Source: Ochotona princeps
Lineage: Eukaryota
Length of the DNA: 64,000 nt
Assembly (NCBI RefSeq): GCF_030435755.1
Contig: NC_080843.1
Coordinates: 68,734,485-68,798,484, forward strand
Direction of reading: 5' to 3'
Position numbers and translations under genes: made by a program. The first letter of the stretch is position 1, and each line of letters begins with the position of its first letter. The notes beneath the pieces are model-generated. The model had not been told where the DNA came from. It was given only the letters and a program-made list of their open reading frames with translations, and made no database searches. This document shows, piece after piece, positions 46,094 to 58,993 of the stretch.

Positions 46094-46264
46094 CTGTGTA
46101 CAATGGGGAATGAATCCATAGACGAGCAGCCGGTCGTTGTGAAACAAGGAGGGCACCTGGGCAGGGGCCTGCAGGGGCTCAGGGGCGTCCAAGTTGAGCT
46201 GCTGCCATTTGACAGAGACAGAGTGGCAACTCGGAGAATGCAGCCTGGCCATTTGCTCTTCTAT
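46094..46264 (-). CDS. PARP4: PARP4 exon, 57 codons, phase 0/0
   Basis: Acceptor ttttattaacag|ATA and donor CAG|GTAGGC. Translation IEEQMARLHSPSCHSVSVKWQQLNLDAPEPLQAPAQVPSLFHNDRLLVYGFIPHCTQ is contiguous with the previous exon (SWKKQ|IEEQ). It closely matches the recalled human CSPSCHSVSVKWQQLNPDAPEALQAPAQVPSLFRNDRLLVYGFIPHCTQ. Confidence 0.8.
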
Positions 46265-46337
46265 CTGTTAATAAAACAGCAATTATTTCTTGTTCAAGGT
46301 GATACACACGTTTTTGTTTTATTTTGCTTTTGTTTAT

Positions 46338-46668
46338 TTGATTGCTTTAGGATTTATTTATTTCTATTGGCAAGGCAGATTTACAGAGAGGAGAGACAGA
46401 GAGAAAGATATTCTGTCTGCTGGTTCACTCCCCAAGTGGCCCCAGTTGCCGAAGCTGAGCCGACCTGAAGCCAGGAACCAGGAGCTTCTTCCGGGACTCC
46501 AGCATGGGTGCAGGGTCCCAAAGCTTTGGGCCGTTCTTGACTGCTTTCCCAGGCCACAAGCAGGGAGCTGGATGAGAAATGCAGCAGCTAGACACAAGCC
46601 AGTGCCATCTGGGATGATGGTCCTTTCAAAGGGAAAGATTTAGCCACGGAGCCATCATGCTGGGCCCA
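46338..46668 (-). mobile_element. C-repeat-related SINE, antisense, about 70 bp upstream of the PARP4 exon acceptor at 46264
   Basis: The sequence ..tattggcaaggcagatttacagagaggagagacagagagaaagatattctgtctgctggttcactccccaagtggcc.. through ..gccatcatgctgggccc. Confidence 0.75.
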
Positions 46669-47265
46669 TGATACGCATGTTCACATTATTCGTTTTAGGA
46701 TTTTTACAGATTCCTTTTTTTTCCCTCCTTCCTGATAATGGCTCTTTTCCAAAAAGAGCTAGATAAAATGTTAAACAACGTCACTATCACATGACTTAAA
46801 CTTACAAAGCATCCTGGGTCTATGCCATTAGCCAATAGATTCTTTTTTTTTTTAATTCTTTTATTTTATTTTTTTTAACTAGGCCTTTGATTGCTGAAGC
46901 CTGTGCAGTGGATCATATGCCAAGATGCACACGGCAGACATGACAGATCGTGGAAGCCTGCCCATAGAGGGCAGAACAAGTTGGACAACACTCCTAGCTG
47001 AGCTTCGACAGCAGGTGTCTGGGCAAGTCTGGAGGGATCACCTCAACTGTGGAACAATGCAATCAACAGCATCTCAGAACTACTGAAACCACCAAAGCAG
47101 TACCCTCGCAACACGCTCCACCTCAGGGACCTCAGGACGACACTGCCAGGCCATCCCACAGCCTCAGCTACAGCTGTGGTTAGGCTGCTGGCTGTGGCCT
47201 TCTCTTCCTCTCTCTTCGTCCCCCAGAAACAGGAAGAATAGAAAGGAAGATTAGAAACAGTTATA

Positions 47266-47598
47266 GGGCCCGGCGTCGTGGCCTAGTGGCTAAAGTCCTC
47301 GCCTTGAACGCCCTGGGATCCCATATGAGCGCCGGTTCTAATCCTGGCAGCTCCACTTCCCATCCAGCTCCCTGCTTGTGGCCTGGGAAAGCAGTCGAGG
47401 ACGGCCCAATGCATTGGGATCCTGCACCCGCGTGGGAGACCTGGAGGACGTTCCTGGCTCCTGGCTTCGGATTGGTGTGCACCGGCTGTTGCGGCTCACT
47501 TGGGGAGTGAATCATCGGATGGAAGATCTTCCTCTCTGTCTCTCCTCCTCTCTGTATATCTGACTTTGTAATAAAATAAAAAATAAATCTTTTAAAAA
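47266..47598 (+). mobile_element. C-repeat SINE, sense, TSD agaaacagtt; followed by a second sense copy at 47612-47930 and an antisense copy at 47962-48283
   Basis: Starts gggcccggcgtcgtggcctagtggctaaagtcctcgccttgaacgcc and ends ..ctgactttgtaataaaataaaaaataaatcttttaaaaaag. The TSD is on both sides. Confidence 0.9.
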
Positions 47599-49666
47599 AG
47601 AAACAGTTGTCTGGGCCTGGTGGCGTAGCCTAGTGGTTAAAGTCCTTGCCTTGCACGTGCCCAGATTCCATATGGGTGCTGATTCATGTCCCGGCTGCCC
47701 TGCTTCTCATCCAGCTCCCTGCTTGTAGCCTGGGAAATTAGTTGAAGACGGCCCAAAGCTTTGGGACCCTGCATCCCCGTGGGAGACCTGGAAGAGGCTC
47801 CTAGCTTTGGATCTGTTCAGCCCTGGCTGTTGTGGCCACTCGGAGAATGAATAAGATGAAAGGCTTTTCTCTGTCTCTCCTTCTCTCTGCATATCTGACT
47901 TTCTAATAAAAATACATATCTTTTTTTTAAAAAAGGTATAGACCAAATGTGTGTGTTTTTTAATGTATTTTATTTTTATTGCAATTGCAGATATACAGAG
48001 AGGAGGAGAGACAGAGAGGAAGATCTTCTGTTCGATGATTCACTCCCCAAGTGGCTGTAATGGCCGGTGCTGTGCCAATCTGAAGCCAGGAGCCCCGAGC
48101 CTCTTCTGCATCTCCCATATGGGTGCAGGGTCCCAAGGCTTTGGGCCATCCTCGATTTCTTTCCCAGGCCACAAGCAGGGAGCTGGATGGGAAGTGGGCC
48201 ACTGGGATTAGTACGGGTGCCCATATGGGATTCCGGTATGTGCAAGGTGAGGACTTCAGCCACTAGGCTACCACTCCGGGCCCTCAACAAATACATCTTA
48301 AAAAAAAAAAAAAAAAAAAGAATGTGCTGTACTTGAGATGCCCACATCCCACACCGGAGAACCAGTTCAGGTCCATGCGACTCCCCTTCTGATTCAGCTT
48401 CCTGCTGGAAGAAGTAAATGATGGCTCAAGTACTTGGGCATCTGAGCCCATATGGGAGAACTTGAAAAAGCCCTTGGCTCCTGGCTCCTGCCTGGCCACA
48501 ATGTAGGCATCTATGGCGTGACCTAGCAGATGGAAGATCTCCCTGGCTCTCCTTGCTCTTCATTTAACTCTGGCTTTCAAATAAATAAGCACCTTTCAAA
48601 AACAGCCAGCCAGCACCAAGAGTCAATAGAGAAATGTGAACAGAAGTCATGATGATATGTAACTTTACATCCATTTAGGATGGCTGCTATTAAAGAGACA
48701 AAAATGAAAAAAAAAAGGAACAGTGCCGATGTGTGGCTAGTGGAAATACGCAATGGTGCAGCCGCTGAGGAAGACAGCATGGCAGCCCTCAGCCACCCAC
48801 GGGGTTACCTCAGGATTCACCAGTGTCACTTCTTAGCTGCCCAGAAACGAATGCTGAGTTCAGACAGATCCCTGCATGCCAACCTTCACACCAGCATCAT
48901 TCACAACCACCAAAGGGTAGAAGCAACCCAAGGGTCCATCCTCCGATGACCAGGTGCTCAACACGTGGGCATGGACCATTATTCAGCCTGAAAGTCAAGG
49001 AAATTCTGGCGCACAAGCTGAGCCTTGAATACATTATGGTAAGTGAAATAAATCAGTCACCCAAGGGACTTATGTTTACAGGGTGCACCTGGAACAGGAA
49101 GGCTGCGAGAGCCCTGAAGCACATGACAGGTGCCAAGGCACAAGGGAGAAGAGGGACTGGGAGCTACTGTGTAAAGGGCATGCGGTTTCTGTTCGGGAAG
49201 ATGAAAAGGTTCTGCACAGGACACGACTACAACATCATTGGATGTCAGCTGCCATGCGCCAGCTCCAGCCCCGTGGCGTGCCAGGGCCACAAGCACGCTA
49301 CTGTGTACGCCGTACCCATGCTATAGAGCTGTGCACTGCACAGCCATTACACATCGGAACATTCTGTGTCTCATTCACCACAATAAAAATCCCAGCAAAA
49401 CACACATCGTATCTCACCTCCAAAAATCAACACACGACACTTCGTAAAACAGAAATTGAACTGTTAGCTGGGCAAGTGGCCAGATTCCACAGGGATGGTG
49501 CTCTTGCCAGCGGAGCAGCACAAGGGCAGGAGCCCACGTGTCTGCAGGTCTGGTCTGTCCACAGCACCCGTTTCCAGCCCAGCAAACACGCTGGTTCTCA
49601 TCATTTAGACGTGTGACGCTCATCTTCCGCATAAAAGCACAAAATGATTGTGAGTTAACCACGTAC

Positions 49667-49766
49667 CTGTTTCTTCCAACTATGTTTGGAGTTTGAGTTA
49701 AAATATTCAAACACTCCAGCACCATACTGGGACAAAGTTCTCAAGATGTGACGATTCGCAGTAGCA
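49667..49766 (-). CDS. PARP4: PARP4 exon, 1 nt + 33 codons, phase 2 in / 0 out
   Basis: Acceptor gtgatattttttcag|TGCT and donor CAG|GTACGT. It joins the previous exon in frame as CGIG|ATANRHILRTLSQYGAGVFEYFNSNSKHSWKKQ. This matches my recollection of human PARP4 (..ANRHVLRILSQCGAGVFEYFNAKSKHSWRKQ..). Confidence 0.75.
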
Positions 49767-50177
49767 CTGAAAAAATATCACATTTTAAGGTTCAAAACAT
49801 TCTAGACACATTTTTGAAGAATATGTGAACAACATTGACAGAGCTCAAACCTCATGGAAGGCGACAATCTGACAGGAGACAGCTGACGTGGAAGAAAGAA
49901 ACCGAGACCAGGGGAAAACATCTGGCTAGTTCCTGCAAGTTTTGATATCAAAAACTTCCTTGTTTCAGGGAACTTCTATTGATCTTTCCCAACCTCAAAA
50001 CAGAAAAATTTTTTGACTTTCAGTTATAGAAGGGAGGTGTAGATGATTCTAAAACCCCCCAAAATCATCAGAATGTGGTTAAGACGTCAACCAACCAAGT
50101 TTCAACAAATGGCAGTGTTGCCTGGATCTGATACTAAAAGCCAAAAACTGGCAAAAAAAAAGTTAATAAAATTTCTT

Positions 50178-50515
50178 TTTTTTTTTCTTCCTGAAGATTT
50201 TATTTTTTTATTGGGAAGGCAGATATACAGAGGGAAGCAAAGACAGAGAGAAAAATCTTCCGTCTACTGGTTCACTCCCCAAGTGGCTGCAAGGGCCTGA
50301 GCTAATCCAAGCTGAAGCCAGGAGCCAGGAGCTTCCTCCAGTTCTCCCATATGGGTGTAGGGCCCAAGGCTTTGGGCCGTCCTTGAGTGCTTTCTCAGGC
50401 CACAAGCAGGGAGCTGGACGGGAAGTGGAGCAGACAGGACACAAACTGGTGCCCATATGGGATCCTGACACATGCATGGCAAGGATTTAATCAGTAGGCT
50501 ATCTCACTGGGCCCA
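50178..50515 (-). mobile_element. C-repeat-related SINE, antisense
   Basis: A T-run then ..gggaaggcagatatacagagggaagcaaagacagagagaaaaatcttccgtctactggttcactccccaagtggc.. through ..atctcactgggccc. Confidence 0.8.
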
Positions 50516-50924
50516 ATAATATTTATGTCTTCAAACTGGATACACACCTAAATGCAAGAAGTATAAAGAAATGATGTTCACTCAAGCAAAGAGAATTTTT
50601 GCTATGTAAAAGGCATCTGTCCTATTAGGTTTCTTTTGATAACATTTTACAATACTAAGAACTAATTTCTGGTTCTCATGTAGTAGCAGAGCAGGTTAAG
50701 GCACTGTCTGAGACAGTGAACACGGAATTTGAGTCCCAGCTGCTCCACTTCCGATCCAGCTCCCTGAAAACAAGCCTGGGAAAGCAGTGGAGGCTGGCCC
50801 AGATGTTTGGGCCCCTGCCCCCATAGGAGAGATCCTGGCTTCAGGTCAGCTCAGCTCCAGCTGTTGGGGCCATCTGGGGAGTGAATAAGCAGATGGAAGA
50901 TCCTTCCGGGTGGTCAGGACTTAC

Positions 50925-51112
50925 CCAATCCCACAGGTGAACAGCCTGGTATGGCGGACACTCCTTTGCACGAGCTGCAGGGTCAGGCTCTCATTCTGGA
51001 GGTGCCCGTCAGATATCAGGAGAATGTTCCGTAACCCTTGAGCAGGGTACAGTAAACTTAAGTACCGTAGGGTTTTCCAGAAGTCTGTGTTCCCCATGGT
51101 AGGTGTGGCTGA
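50925..51112 (-). CDS. PARP4: PARP4 exon (VWA domain), 62 codons + 2 nt, phase 0 in / 2 out
   Basis: Acceptor ttttgttttgtctcttccag|TCA and donor GG|GTAAGT. Translation SATPTMGNTDFWKTLRYLSLLYPAQGLRNILLISDGHLQNESLTLQLVQRSVRHTRLFTCGIG(G) shows the VWA hallmarks (ilLiSDG.., ..CGIG). Confidence 0.8.
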
Positions 51113-52094
51113 CTGGAAGAGACAAAACAAAAGCGTACTCACTCCTGTTTGGGTGAATCCACCATCAACTGTAACCATTTCCTGAAGTGCGTCTTTTAAT
51201 GAGGGCTTAGAGATGTGCCATCATTGCAGTACCTATATCCTTTCTGTTTATTACGTATCTTCATCACTTGCCACTTGCTTGCTTACGGTTGTTACATACA
51301 TGGGAGAAACAGCCCTCAAACCACCCCTGGGCTCAACAGCCTGGACTTGGTGGGTGCCTGGCCGTTCTTAGCCTGCTCCATTGGGAGAGAAAGTAAACAC
51401 AGAGCCAAGTAAATTGTTCCAGGGGCTGGAGCTGGGGCATGGCACGTGACGCTCCTGCTTGTGGCCCCGGCATTCCATGGTGGTGCCAATCAGAGTCCCA
51501 AATACGTGTGATTAGCTTCCTGTTCATGTACTTGGGAGAGCAGTAGAGGATGCCTCAAGTGCCTGCGCCCCTGCACCCAACTAGGAGACCTGGATGGAAT
51601 TCTAACAGGTGAACTATTTCCATCTCTTCCTTTCAAATTATTACTGTTATTATTTTTAGCAAAATGACTGTCTAAAATCATTCATATCAGTTACATACAG
51701 ACTGGTGATTTGTTTCTACTCTTTCATGTTCAATTTTTCTGTAACAGATTCATATACCATTATTAGTGAGATAAAGAACCTGCCCTTAGAGGGAATGGGT
51801 CCTAATTTAACCCATTGGACCACTAACTTTTTTTTTTTTTACTTAAACCCCACCTTTCCCCCAACCCCCAGACCACTAACTCTTGATAGGGGAAGACTCA
51901 GAGAATGGAGAAAACTTTGACACTCACCAAAATGAACTCCGTCAGCACTTTTTGACTTGTGATGCTCTTAGGATATGAAAATAACTCCTTGTAACCTAAG
52001 CAATAACATTACATGAGATGTTCCCATGAAACATTCAATTGATCACCAAGACGCAAGAATGATAACTTTGCCGCTATCATACAGAAGATGTAAG

Positions 52095-52427
52095 GGCTGG
52101 TGCAATGGCTCAGCTGGCTAACCCCTGACCTCCAAGCAGCAGGATCCCATAGGGGCGCTGCTTCCTGTGCTAAGCTCTCCTACTTCCCATCCAGCTCCCT
52201 GCCTGTGGCCTGAGAAAGCAGTCGAGGACGGCCCAAAACCTTGGGACTCTGCACCTGTGTGGGAGACAAAGAAGAAGCTCCTGTCTCCTGGCCCTGGATT
52301 GGCTCAGCTCTGGCTGTTATTGTGGGCTGAACCAGTGGATGGAAGATATTTCTTTGTGTCTTTTCTCCTTCTCTCTATAAATCTGCCTTTCCAATGAAAA
52401 TCATTTTTTTAAAAAAAGGAAATTTTT
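52095..52427 (+). mobile_element. C-repeat-related SINE, sense (diverged 5' part); further copies at 52626-52950 (+) and 53030-53336 (-)
   Basis: The sequence ..ctacttcccatccagctccctgcctgtggcctgagaaagcagtcgaggacggcccaaaaccttgggactctgcacctgtgtgggagac.., with an A-rich tail. Confidence 0.75.
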
Positions 52428-53978
52428 ATTAATGGGCATACCTTCCTTTTTAGAAAACCATGCTTGATCATTTTAATGTTTAAAAATATTCATTATATAT
52501 CTATACATTCTATAGCATTCCAATCCTGTACTTTACTATGCATGATGTTCTGGGTCAGATCTATGTAGTTACACGGTTTGAGTCAGTTCAGCTGCTCTGT
52601 AGATCATTTGTGCAAAGTGAGCCATGGGGCCTAGTGTGGTGGCCTAGCGGCTCAAGTCCTCACCTTGAACATGCCAGGATCCCATATGGGCGCCGGTTCT
52701 AATCCCAGCAGCTCCACCTCCCATCCAGCTCCCTACTTGTGGCCTGGGAGAGCAGTGGAGGACGGCCCACATTCTTGGAACCCTGCACCTGCGTGGGAGA
52801 CCTGGAGGAGGTTCCTGGCTCCTGGCTTTGGATTGGCACAGCTTTGCGCTCACTAGGGGAGTGAATCAGTCGACGGAAGATCTTCCTCTCTGTCTCTCAT
52901 CCTCTCTGTATATCTGCCTTTGTAATTAAAAATAAATAAATCTTTAAAAAGAAAAGGGAGCCTAGGCGGGTAGCAATGGCAGGAGCAGCTTGGACCTACA
53001 AGGGCTGGCATTTAAAATTTTCTTCCAAGTTTTATTAATTTTGTTGGAAAGGTAGATTGTATGGAGAGGACAGAAACATCTTCCATTGACTGATTCACTC
53101 ACCAAGTGGACACAAAGGGGACGGAGCTAAGCTGATCTGAAGCCAGGAATTTCCTCTGGGTCTCCCACGTGGGTGCAGGGTCCCAAGAATGTGGGCCATC
53201 CTCCACTGCTTTCCCAGGCCACAAGCAGGGAGCTGGATGGGAAGTGGAGCAGCTGGATCATAAACTGGTGCTCCTTTGGGATCCTGGTGCTTGCAGGGTC
53301 AAAGACTAGCCAATGGAGCCATGGCGCTGGGCCCTAGGGCCAGCCTTCACGCATGCCCTTTGCAGTCCCTGTCTGTTGGACTCATGTCCCGCTCCATCAT
53401 AGTGGCTTCAGGCCGCCTACTGGATGGCCCGGAAGATGAAAATAACGAGGATAAGATGCCGTGGACTCCTCTCCACTGAAGTGACCCCTGCTGCTGGCAG
53501 AGATGTGTCTGGACATTGGCCTGCAGGACAGCACTGCCTTCTTCCAACAGTGACCTGATGCTGAGACGAGACAATGCTTCACAGTGTTCTACGACTGTGC
53601 TGATCGCAAATGACCCATTCTTATTTTGGGGACACCCTGTGAATCAGACCGAGGGTCTTGTGTTTGGCTCAGCTAGCAATAACACTAACCATTGCTATAC
53701 CACTTCTAGACTAGAACAGCCCCGATTTTAAACCCTTTACAGGGTTTAAATCAGCTTACTGCACATGGTAGTACCAGGAAGTAGAGACAGCCGCAGACGA
53801 CAGATGAGGACACTCAGGCACCCAAACTCGAAGCACTTGCTCAAGGCAACACACGGAGCTTGAGCGTGACAGAGCTGGGCTCGGGCCCAACTTCCTCTGT
53901 GCCAGGCCCTTGCTTCTCCGACAGGGTGCGGTCCCAGCAAGGAGGAAGACTTACGGGATGGGGCTCAGGCATGCTCAC

Positions 53979-54174
53979 CTGTGCCGAACTGGACAATGTT
54001 CACTTTCTGCTTCTTGCCCAGCAGCGACAACGCGTGCAAGGCAATCTTTCGGGCGTTTGTGAATGTCACCCCCTCCATGGAATTGGAACAGTCAAGACAA
54101 ATGATCACCTCGTTCCCGTCGGCCACGTCTGGGAGGGTGGCAGTGAGGCAGGGTTGAAAGACAAGCATGCACGC
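53979..54174 (-). CDS. PARP4: PARP4 exon (VWA domain with MIDAS motif), 65 codons + 1 nt, phase 0 in / 1 out
   Basis: Acceptor tcttttag|GCG and donor ACAG|GTGAGC. Translation ACMLVFQPCLTATLPDVADGNEVIICLDCSNSMEGVTFTNARKIALHALSLLGKKQKVNIVQFGTG contains the VWA DxSxS motif (LDCSNSM) and the ..fgtg.. strand. Confidence 0.8.
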
Positions 54175-54560
54175 CTAAAAGACAAGACATGGCAGCATGG
54201 CCTACTGGGACTTCAAACAGCAGGATGTTAGAGCTGGCATTTACAGTGTATAGGGCATAAATCTGAGAGCTCCAGAACCAATGCCAGTGAAGTTACGCGG
54301 TATCAACATTGGAAAACGCATAGATGCCTCTGTCTCTACTGCACGCACACAGCCAAAGTTCAAGGCCTTGCCCCCCTCAACACACAGCTGTGGGTGGTCA
54401 AGCTGGGCTCTGGCTCCTTGTCTGGAAGTCTCAGGCAGGTTCTTTGCAGACTCTTTAGGACGCATTCATTTTCGGTCAGTGATTTCCTATGGAAATAACC
54501 TGTTTCTTCCCACATGCTTTTCCGATCATAGGTCTTAATTCTAAGTAAGGAAGACTGTAC

Positions 54561-54698
54561 CTCACTTTCTTTTTCTGGATGTTTCTCCACCCACATCCTT
54601 GGGAGGTATGGATCACACAGACCGACGTGAAGGGAGAAGCCGTCGCTCTGCAAGGAGCTGCCTTCCATGGTGCTGATGACCGCCTTGCAGTCCGTGCT
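54561..54698 (-). CDS. PARP4: PARP4 exon (linker before VWA domain), 46 codons, phase 0/0
   Basis: Acceptor gcttgctttgcag|AGC and donor GAG|GTACAG. Translation STDCKAVISTMEGSSLQSDGFSLHVGLCDPYLPRMWVEKHPEKESE joins in frame to the VWA exon that follows. Confidence 0.65.
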
Positions 54699-55226
54699 CT
54701 GCAAAGCAAGCAGCCCCACAGCACAGTGACCCACAAGCCACAGGCATGCCACCAGTGTGCAAGAAGTAAACTCCGTTGCTTGGTTCACATAACTGTGAGG
54801 AGCCAGTCATGTAGGAATAAACCCCAATTGCATGAAATGTAGGTTTTAGGTGTCTGAACAGTTTCATCCATTCCCCTCCCCCCCCCTTGAAACACTAAGG
54901 TTGATTTACACAGTCAAGTTTAGGTAAGTCTCAGGATGGTCTCAACCCTGGGTTCCATGCAGAGACGTGTGTACTCAGCAACGCATATGGCAGAGAACAC
55001 ACTAGATAGATCAGGACCTAAACCAGAAGTAGAGAACAGTCCACAGATATCTTAAAGTTATGCCTTATTTCTAGATTATATCTTCATAAATGTCAGGAAG
55101 CTTTTGAAATGCATTTAAGTGTCCAAACAGCAATGACCATGGGGTGGCTCCCAAGGTCTCTCTGCTCCTATAATCCTGTCCCTTTGCAATGTGACCTTGG
55201 AGCTCCTCCCATCAAGACGTGGTGCC

Positions 55227-55565
55227 CGGGCCCAGCGGCGTGGCCTAGCGGCTAAAGTCCTCGCCTTGAAAGCCCCGGGATCCCATATGGGCGCCGGTTC
55301 TAATCCCGGCAGCTCCACTTCCCATCCAGCTCCCTGCTTGTGGCCTGGGAAAGCAGTTGAGGACGGCCCAATGCATTGGGACACTGCACCCGCGTGGGAG
55401 ACCCGGAAGAGGTTCCAGGTTCCCGGCTTCGGATCGGCGTGCACCAGCCCATTGCGGCTCACTTGGGGAGTGAATCATGAGACGGAAGATCTTCCTCTCT
55501 GTCTCTCCTCCTCTGTGTATATCTGGCTGTAATAAAATGAAAAAATCTTTAAAAAAAAAAAAAAA
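55227..55565 (+). mobile_element. C-repeat SINE, sense, 13-bp TSD aagacgtggtgcc
   Basis: Starts gggcccagcggcgtggcctagcggctaaagtcctcgccttgaaagcc and ends ..ggctgtaataaaatgaaaaaatctttaaaaaaaaaaaaaaaa. The TSD is on both sides. Confidence 0.9.
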
Positions 55566-57123
55566 AGACGTGGTGCCTATTTCACCGCTCTTGAATTGGC
55601 CATTGGAGGCGGCAATATGAGTTGCTTTGCCCAGTGGCATACTGGCAGATGTGTTATAAGCAGGGACTTGTGGAATGCCACCAGTTTTCCCTTGATGCCC
55701 CTCTGTTGAATGAATGGCCTTCGTTCAACCTGCTGGATGGCGGAAGACACAGCTGCTGCCCCCGCTGACACCAGGCCAGCAGCTGGGTATCATGACGCCC
55801 TGTTAGACCATCCGGTTCCTCCAAGCCCCAGGGCTGCCAGGCCAATCCACAGAATTGTGAGAATAACTGGCACTTGCTGCTTTAAGTCCCAGGCCTTGGC
55901 AACTTTTGTTGCCCAAAGTTAACTGGGGTGGTGGCCTTGGCACCCAGGGTGGATCAAACACATGCGCTTATCTGTACTGTAGAGCAAAGTGCTAAGTTTC
56001 CAAACAGTGGAAAGGAAACCTTAAAAAGTTTTAGCTTATACAAGAGATTCAGAACAGGGATAAAAATCAAAGCCAATGGGAGACATCTACAACGTTTAAG
56101 AAGCTAGAAAGCTGAAGCAGACAGGGCTGAAGTACAGGCAGCTACTGCCCCAGCGCCCATAGAGGGGGGAGGAAGGGGAAGGCTCAGAGACAGAGGCACA
56201 GTTCCTGTAGAAACACGGTCCTAGCCAAGAGCTCACGAGCCAAGCTCTCAGGTTCCAGGCTCTTCCCCACTCGGAGTTGTTAAGCACTAGTGCCATGTAT
56301 CACCTGTTTTCTCACTAAAGGAGATAGAGGCTCAACAATTAGAGAATTTCAACCGGGGTGGGTGCTGTGGCATAGCATATTAAGCTACCTCCTGGGGTCT
56401 CATATCAGAGTGCTGGTTCAATTCCCGGTTGCTATGCTTCCAATGCAGCTCTCTGCCTGGTAAAGCAGCTGAACATGATCCAAGTGCTTGGCTCCTTGCC
56501 ACCCATATGAGACCCCAATGGAGTTCCTGGCTCTTAGCTTCAGCCCAGTCTAGCCCTGGCTGCTGTGGCCATTTGGGAAGTGGACCAAAATATGCAAGAT
56601 CATCTGTCCCTCCTTCGCTTCCTCTCTCTCTTTCTTATTACTCTGCCTTTCAAATAAATAAATCTTTCAAAAAAATTTTCAATCCAATAGCACCCAGACT
56701 AGGAAACGCTGGCACAATGGCACAGAACAGTATAGGGCTATTCCCCACGGGGAAGGAAAGCGAGCTGGCATCCTAACATGTGAGCCACACAGGTGCCCTT
56801 CCCCAGTCACACTTTCTGACCATCCAGAAGGTTCAAATCAATGTTCTTGTGTCTCAGTTCTGACAACAAAAACAGGAAGGGTCACCGAGACACACAAGGA
56901 AAGCCTCTACCATGAAGAATATAGACACAAAAAAGTCCAGAAGAGAAAAGTAGAACTGAAAATGAGAAAACAGGAAAAAAAAATATGTATTATGAATGTT
57001 TTCCAAGAAACAAAAGAAAACAGTTCTCCCATGAAACATACAAAGGTGCTATTAAAAAGGAATATTCAAAGGACAGAAAAGAGCTCTGAGAACTAAAATA
57101 CATGAGAATCAAAACCACACATT

Positions 57124-57461
57124 GGGCCCAGCGAGATGGCTTAGTGAGCAAGTCCTTGCCTTGAATGCGCCGGGATTCCATATGGGCGCCGGTTCTAATC
57201 CCAGCAGCTCCACTTCCCATCCAGCTCCCTGCTTGTGGCCTGGGAAAGCAGTTGAGGACGGCCCAAAGCCTTGGGACCCTGCACCCGTGTGGGAAGTTCC
57301 TGGCTCCTGGCTGCGGATTGGCTCAGCTCCAGCCATTGCAGTCACTTGGGGAGTCAATCATCGGATGGAAGATCTTCCTCTCTGTCTCTCCTCCTTTCTG
57401 TATATCTGACTTTGCAAAAAAAAAAAACAAAAAAACCCAAATCTTTAAAAAAACCACACAT
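57124..57461 (+). mobile_element. C-repeat SINE, sense (with an internal deletion of about 40 bp), TSD aaaccacacatt
   Basis: Starts gggcccagcgagatggcttagtgagcaagtccttgccttgaatgcgcc and ends ..ctgactttgcaaaaaaaaaaaacaaaaaaacccaaatctttaaaaaa. Confidence 0.85.
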
Positions 57462-57914
57462 TTTGTAGAGCGAGGACAATTTAAAATTGGACAGGAAACT
57501 TTCCTAGGAAATAGAACAAAAAGGCAATTGATTGGACAGGAGGAGAGGAACTCCAGACAGCTGGGACACCTGATTGGAAGGTGCTACAGCAAGGAAGGAG
57601 AGGAAGCAGCGACTCATTTTTAAAACTAAGAATTTCCCAGGACTAGGCATCATGAATTACATACAATGAACTAATGTCATGTTTAGGAAACTTCAGGATC
57701 CTAGGGATAATTCTTGTAGAATCCTCAAAAACAGAGCTAAACAGACCACAAAGGACAGGGAACACAAATAATTGCACTTCTCAGAAGTAACCCTGGGAGC
57801 CACACCTGCCTGGACAAGGGAGGGTGTTTCTACACCCTCCCCATAGGCATTCTCAGGAAGTATGTGGAGGTTGTGCCCTGCCAGCCTGGAGGAAGAAAAT
57901 AAGAAGCATGGAAG

Positions 57915-58050
57915 AAAAAAACAAAACCAACTAACCAACCAACCAACCAACCAATCAACCAACCAACCAACCAATCAACCAACCAATCAACCAACCAATC
58001 AACCAACCAACCAACCAACCAACCAACCAACAAACAAACAAAACAGCAAA
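57915..58050. repeat. (CCAA)n microsatellite with periodic TCAA interruptions
   Basis: The run ccaaccaaccaaccaaccaatcaaccaaccaaccaaccaatcaaccaaccaatcaaccaaccaatcaaccaaccaaccaaccaaccaaccaaccaacaaacaaacaaaac. It is the source of the QPTNQ repeat ORF 57862-58185. Confidence 0.9.
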
Positions 58051-58642
58051 AGGAAGGCTAGTTCAGGGAAGCCTAGATTGGTTGGCCCAGTGATAATCCA
58101 ACCAGACCATAGCAGGAGCCAGAGGAAGAGGGGAAGGCAGGGAAATGGGCCATCAGGCACCAACAGTGTGAAAAACAGCGTGTAGAGAGGTTAGCTTCAA
58201 CGTGCCAGATATAGTCCTTGGAAACAAGCTAATGGAAACAGCAACTTTTACAAAAGAATGTCATCATAATACATTTCTTGGTTCAATGGTAAGCATTGTC
58301 ATTAACAATAACTTAAAATTTTAGTCATTTGTTTTCACCTCATTTGAAAGACACAAAGAGAGGTATGTTTCACTTCCTGGTTTACTCCACACCTGCTCAC
58401 AACAGCCAGGGCTGAGCCAAGCTAAACCCAGGAGCCAGGAACTCCATCCAGGTCTTCCATGCGGGTGGGAGGAACCCCCATATTTGGACCATCATTTGCT
58501 GCCTCCTTTTAATGTGCCAAATAAACTTGTATCTTTTGGAAAATTTTTATTTGAGAGGCAAAGAGACAGAGCTTTGAGCTCTCCAACCAGAAGTTAAAAG
58601 CTCTTTCTCTGTCTCTCAAATAAATAAATTAGTGGTGAACTT

Positions 58643-58993
58643 TATTTTTATTTATTTATTTATTTTTTTTAAAGATTTATTCATTTTATTACAGCCAGAT
58701 ATACACAGAGGAGGAGAGACAGAGAGGAAGATCTTCCGTCCGATGATTCACTCCCCAAGTGAGCCGCAACGGGCCGATGCGCGCCGATCCGCAGCCAGGA
58801 ACCAGGAACCTCTTCCGGGTCTCCCACACGGGTGCAGTGTCCCAAAGCTTTGGGCCGTCCTCCACTGCTTTCCCAGGCCACAAGCAGGGAGCTGGATGGG
58901 AAGTGGAGCTGCCGGGATTAGAACCGGCGCCCATATGAGATTCCGGGGCTTTCAAGGCGAGGACTTTGGCCGCTAGGCCACGCCGCCGGGCCC
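58643..58993 (-). mobile_element. C-repeat SINE, antisense, TSD agtggtgaa
   Basis: The run tttttttaaagatttattcattttattacagccagatatacacagaggaggagagacagagaggaagatcttccg.. through ..gccacgccgccgggccc. The TSD is on both sides. Confidence 0.85.

Noticed and set aside
55577-55771. Stop-free 87-nt segment with AG...GT boundaries (VERRPFIQQRGIKGKLVAFHKSLLITHLP) as a PARP4 exon
   Set aside because: Its phase (0 in / 0 out) does not connect the flanking resolved exons. The acceptor and donor are only moderate. I have no protein-level support. It is kept as a note under unresolved exons rather than called.
57862-58185. The 107-aa ORF encoding (QPTN)n and its antisense (GWLV)n partner ORF
   Set aside because: It is a direct translation of the (CCAA)n microsatellite; low complexity, intronic.
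1631-58976. Dozens of 60-230 aa ORFs sharing peptides such as ..GSHMGAGSNPSSSTSHPAPCLWPGKAVEDGPKLWDPAPAWETW.. or ..IHSPSEPQRAGTRRSEAGNQEPLPGLPRGCRVPKLWAVLDCFPRPQAGSWMGSGAAGIRTGAHMGS..
   Set aside because: These are the three forward and three reverse reading frames of the C-repeat SINE consensus. They recur with the element's coordinates and orientation. They are not genes.
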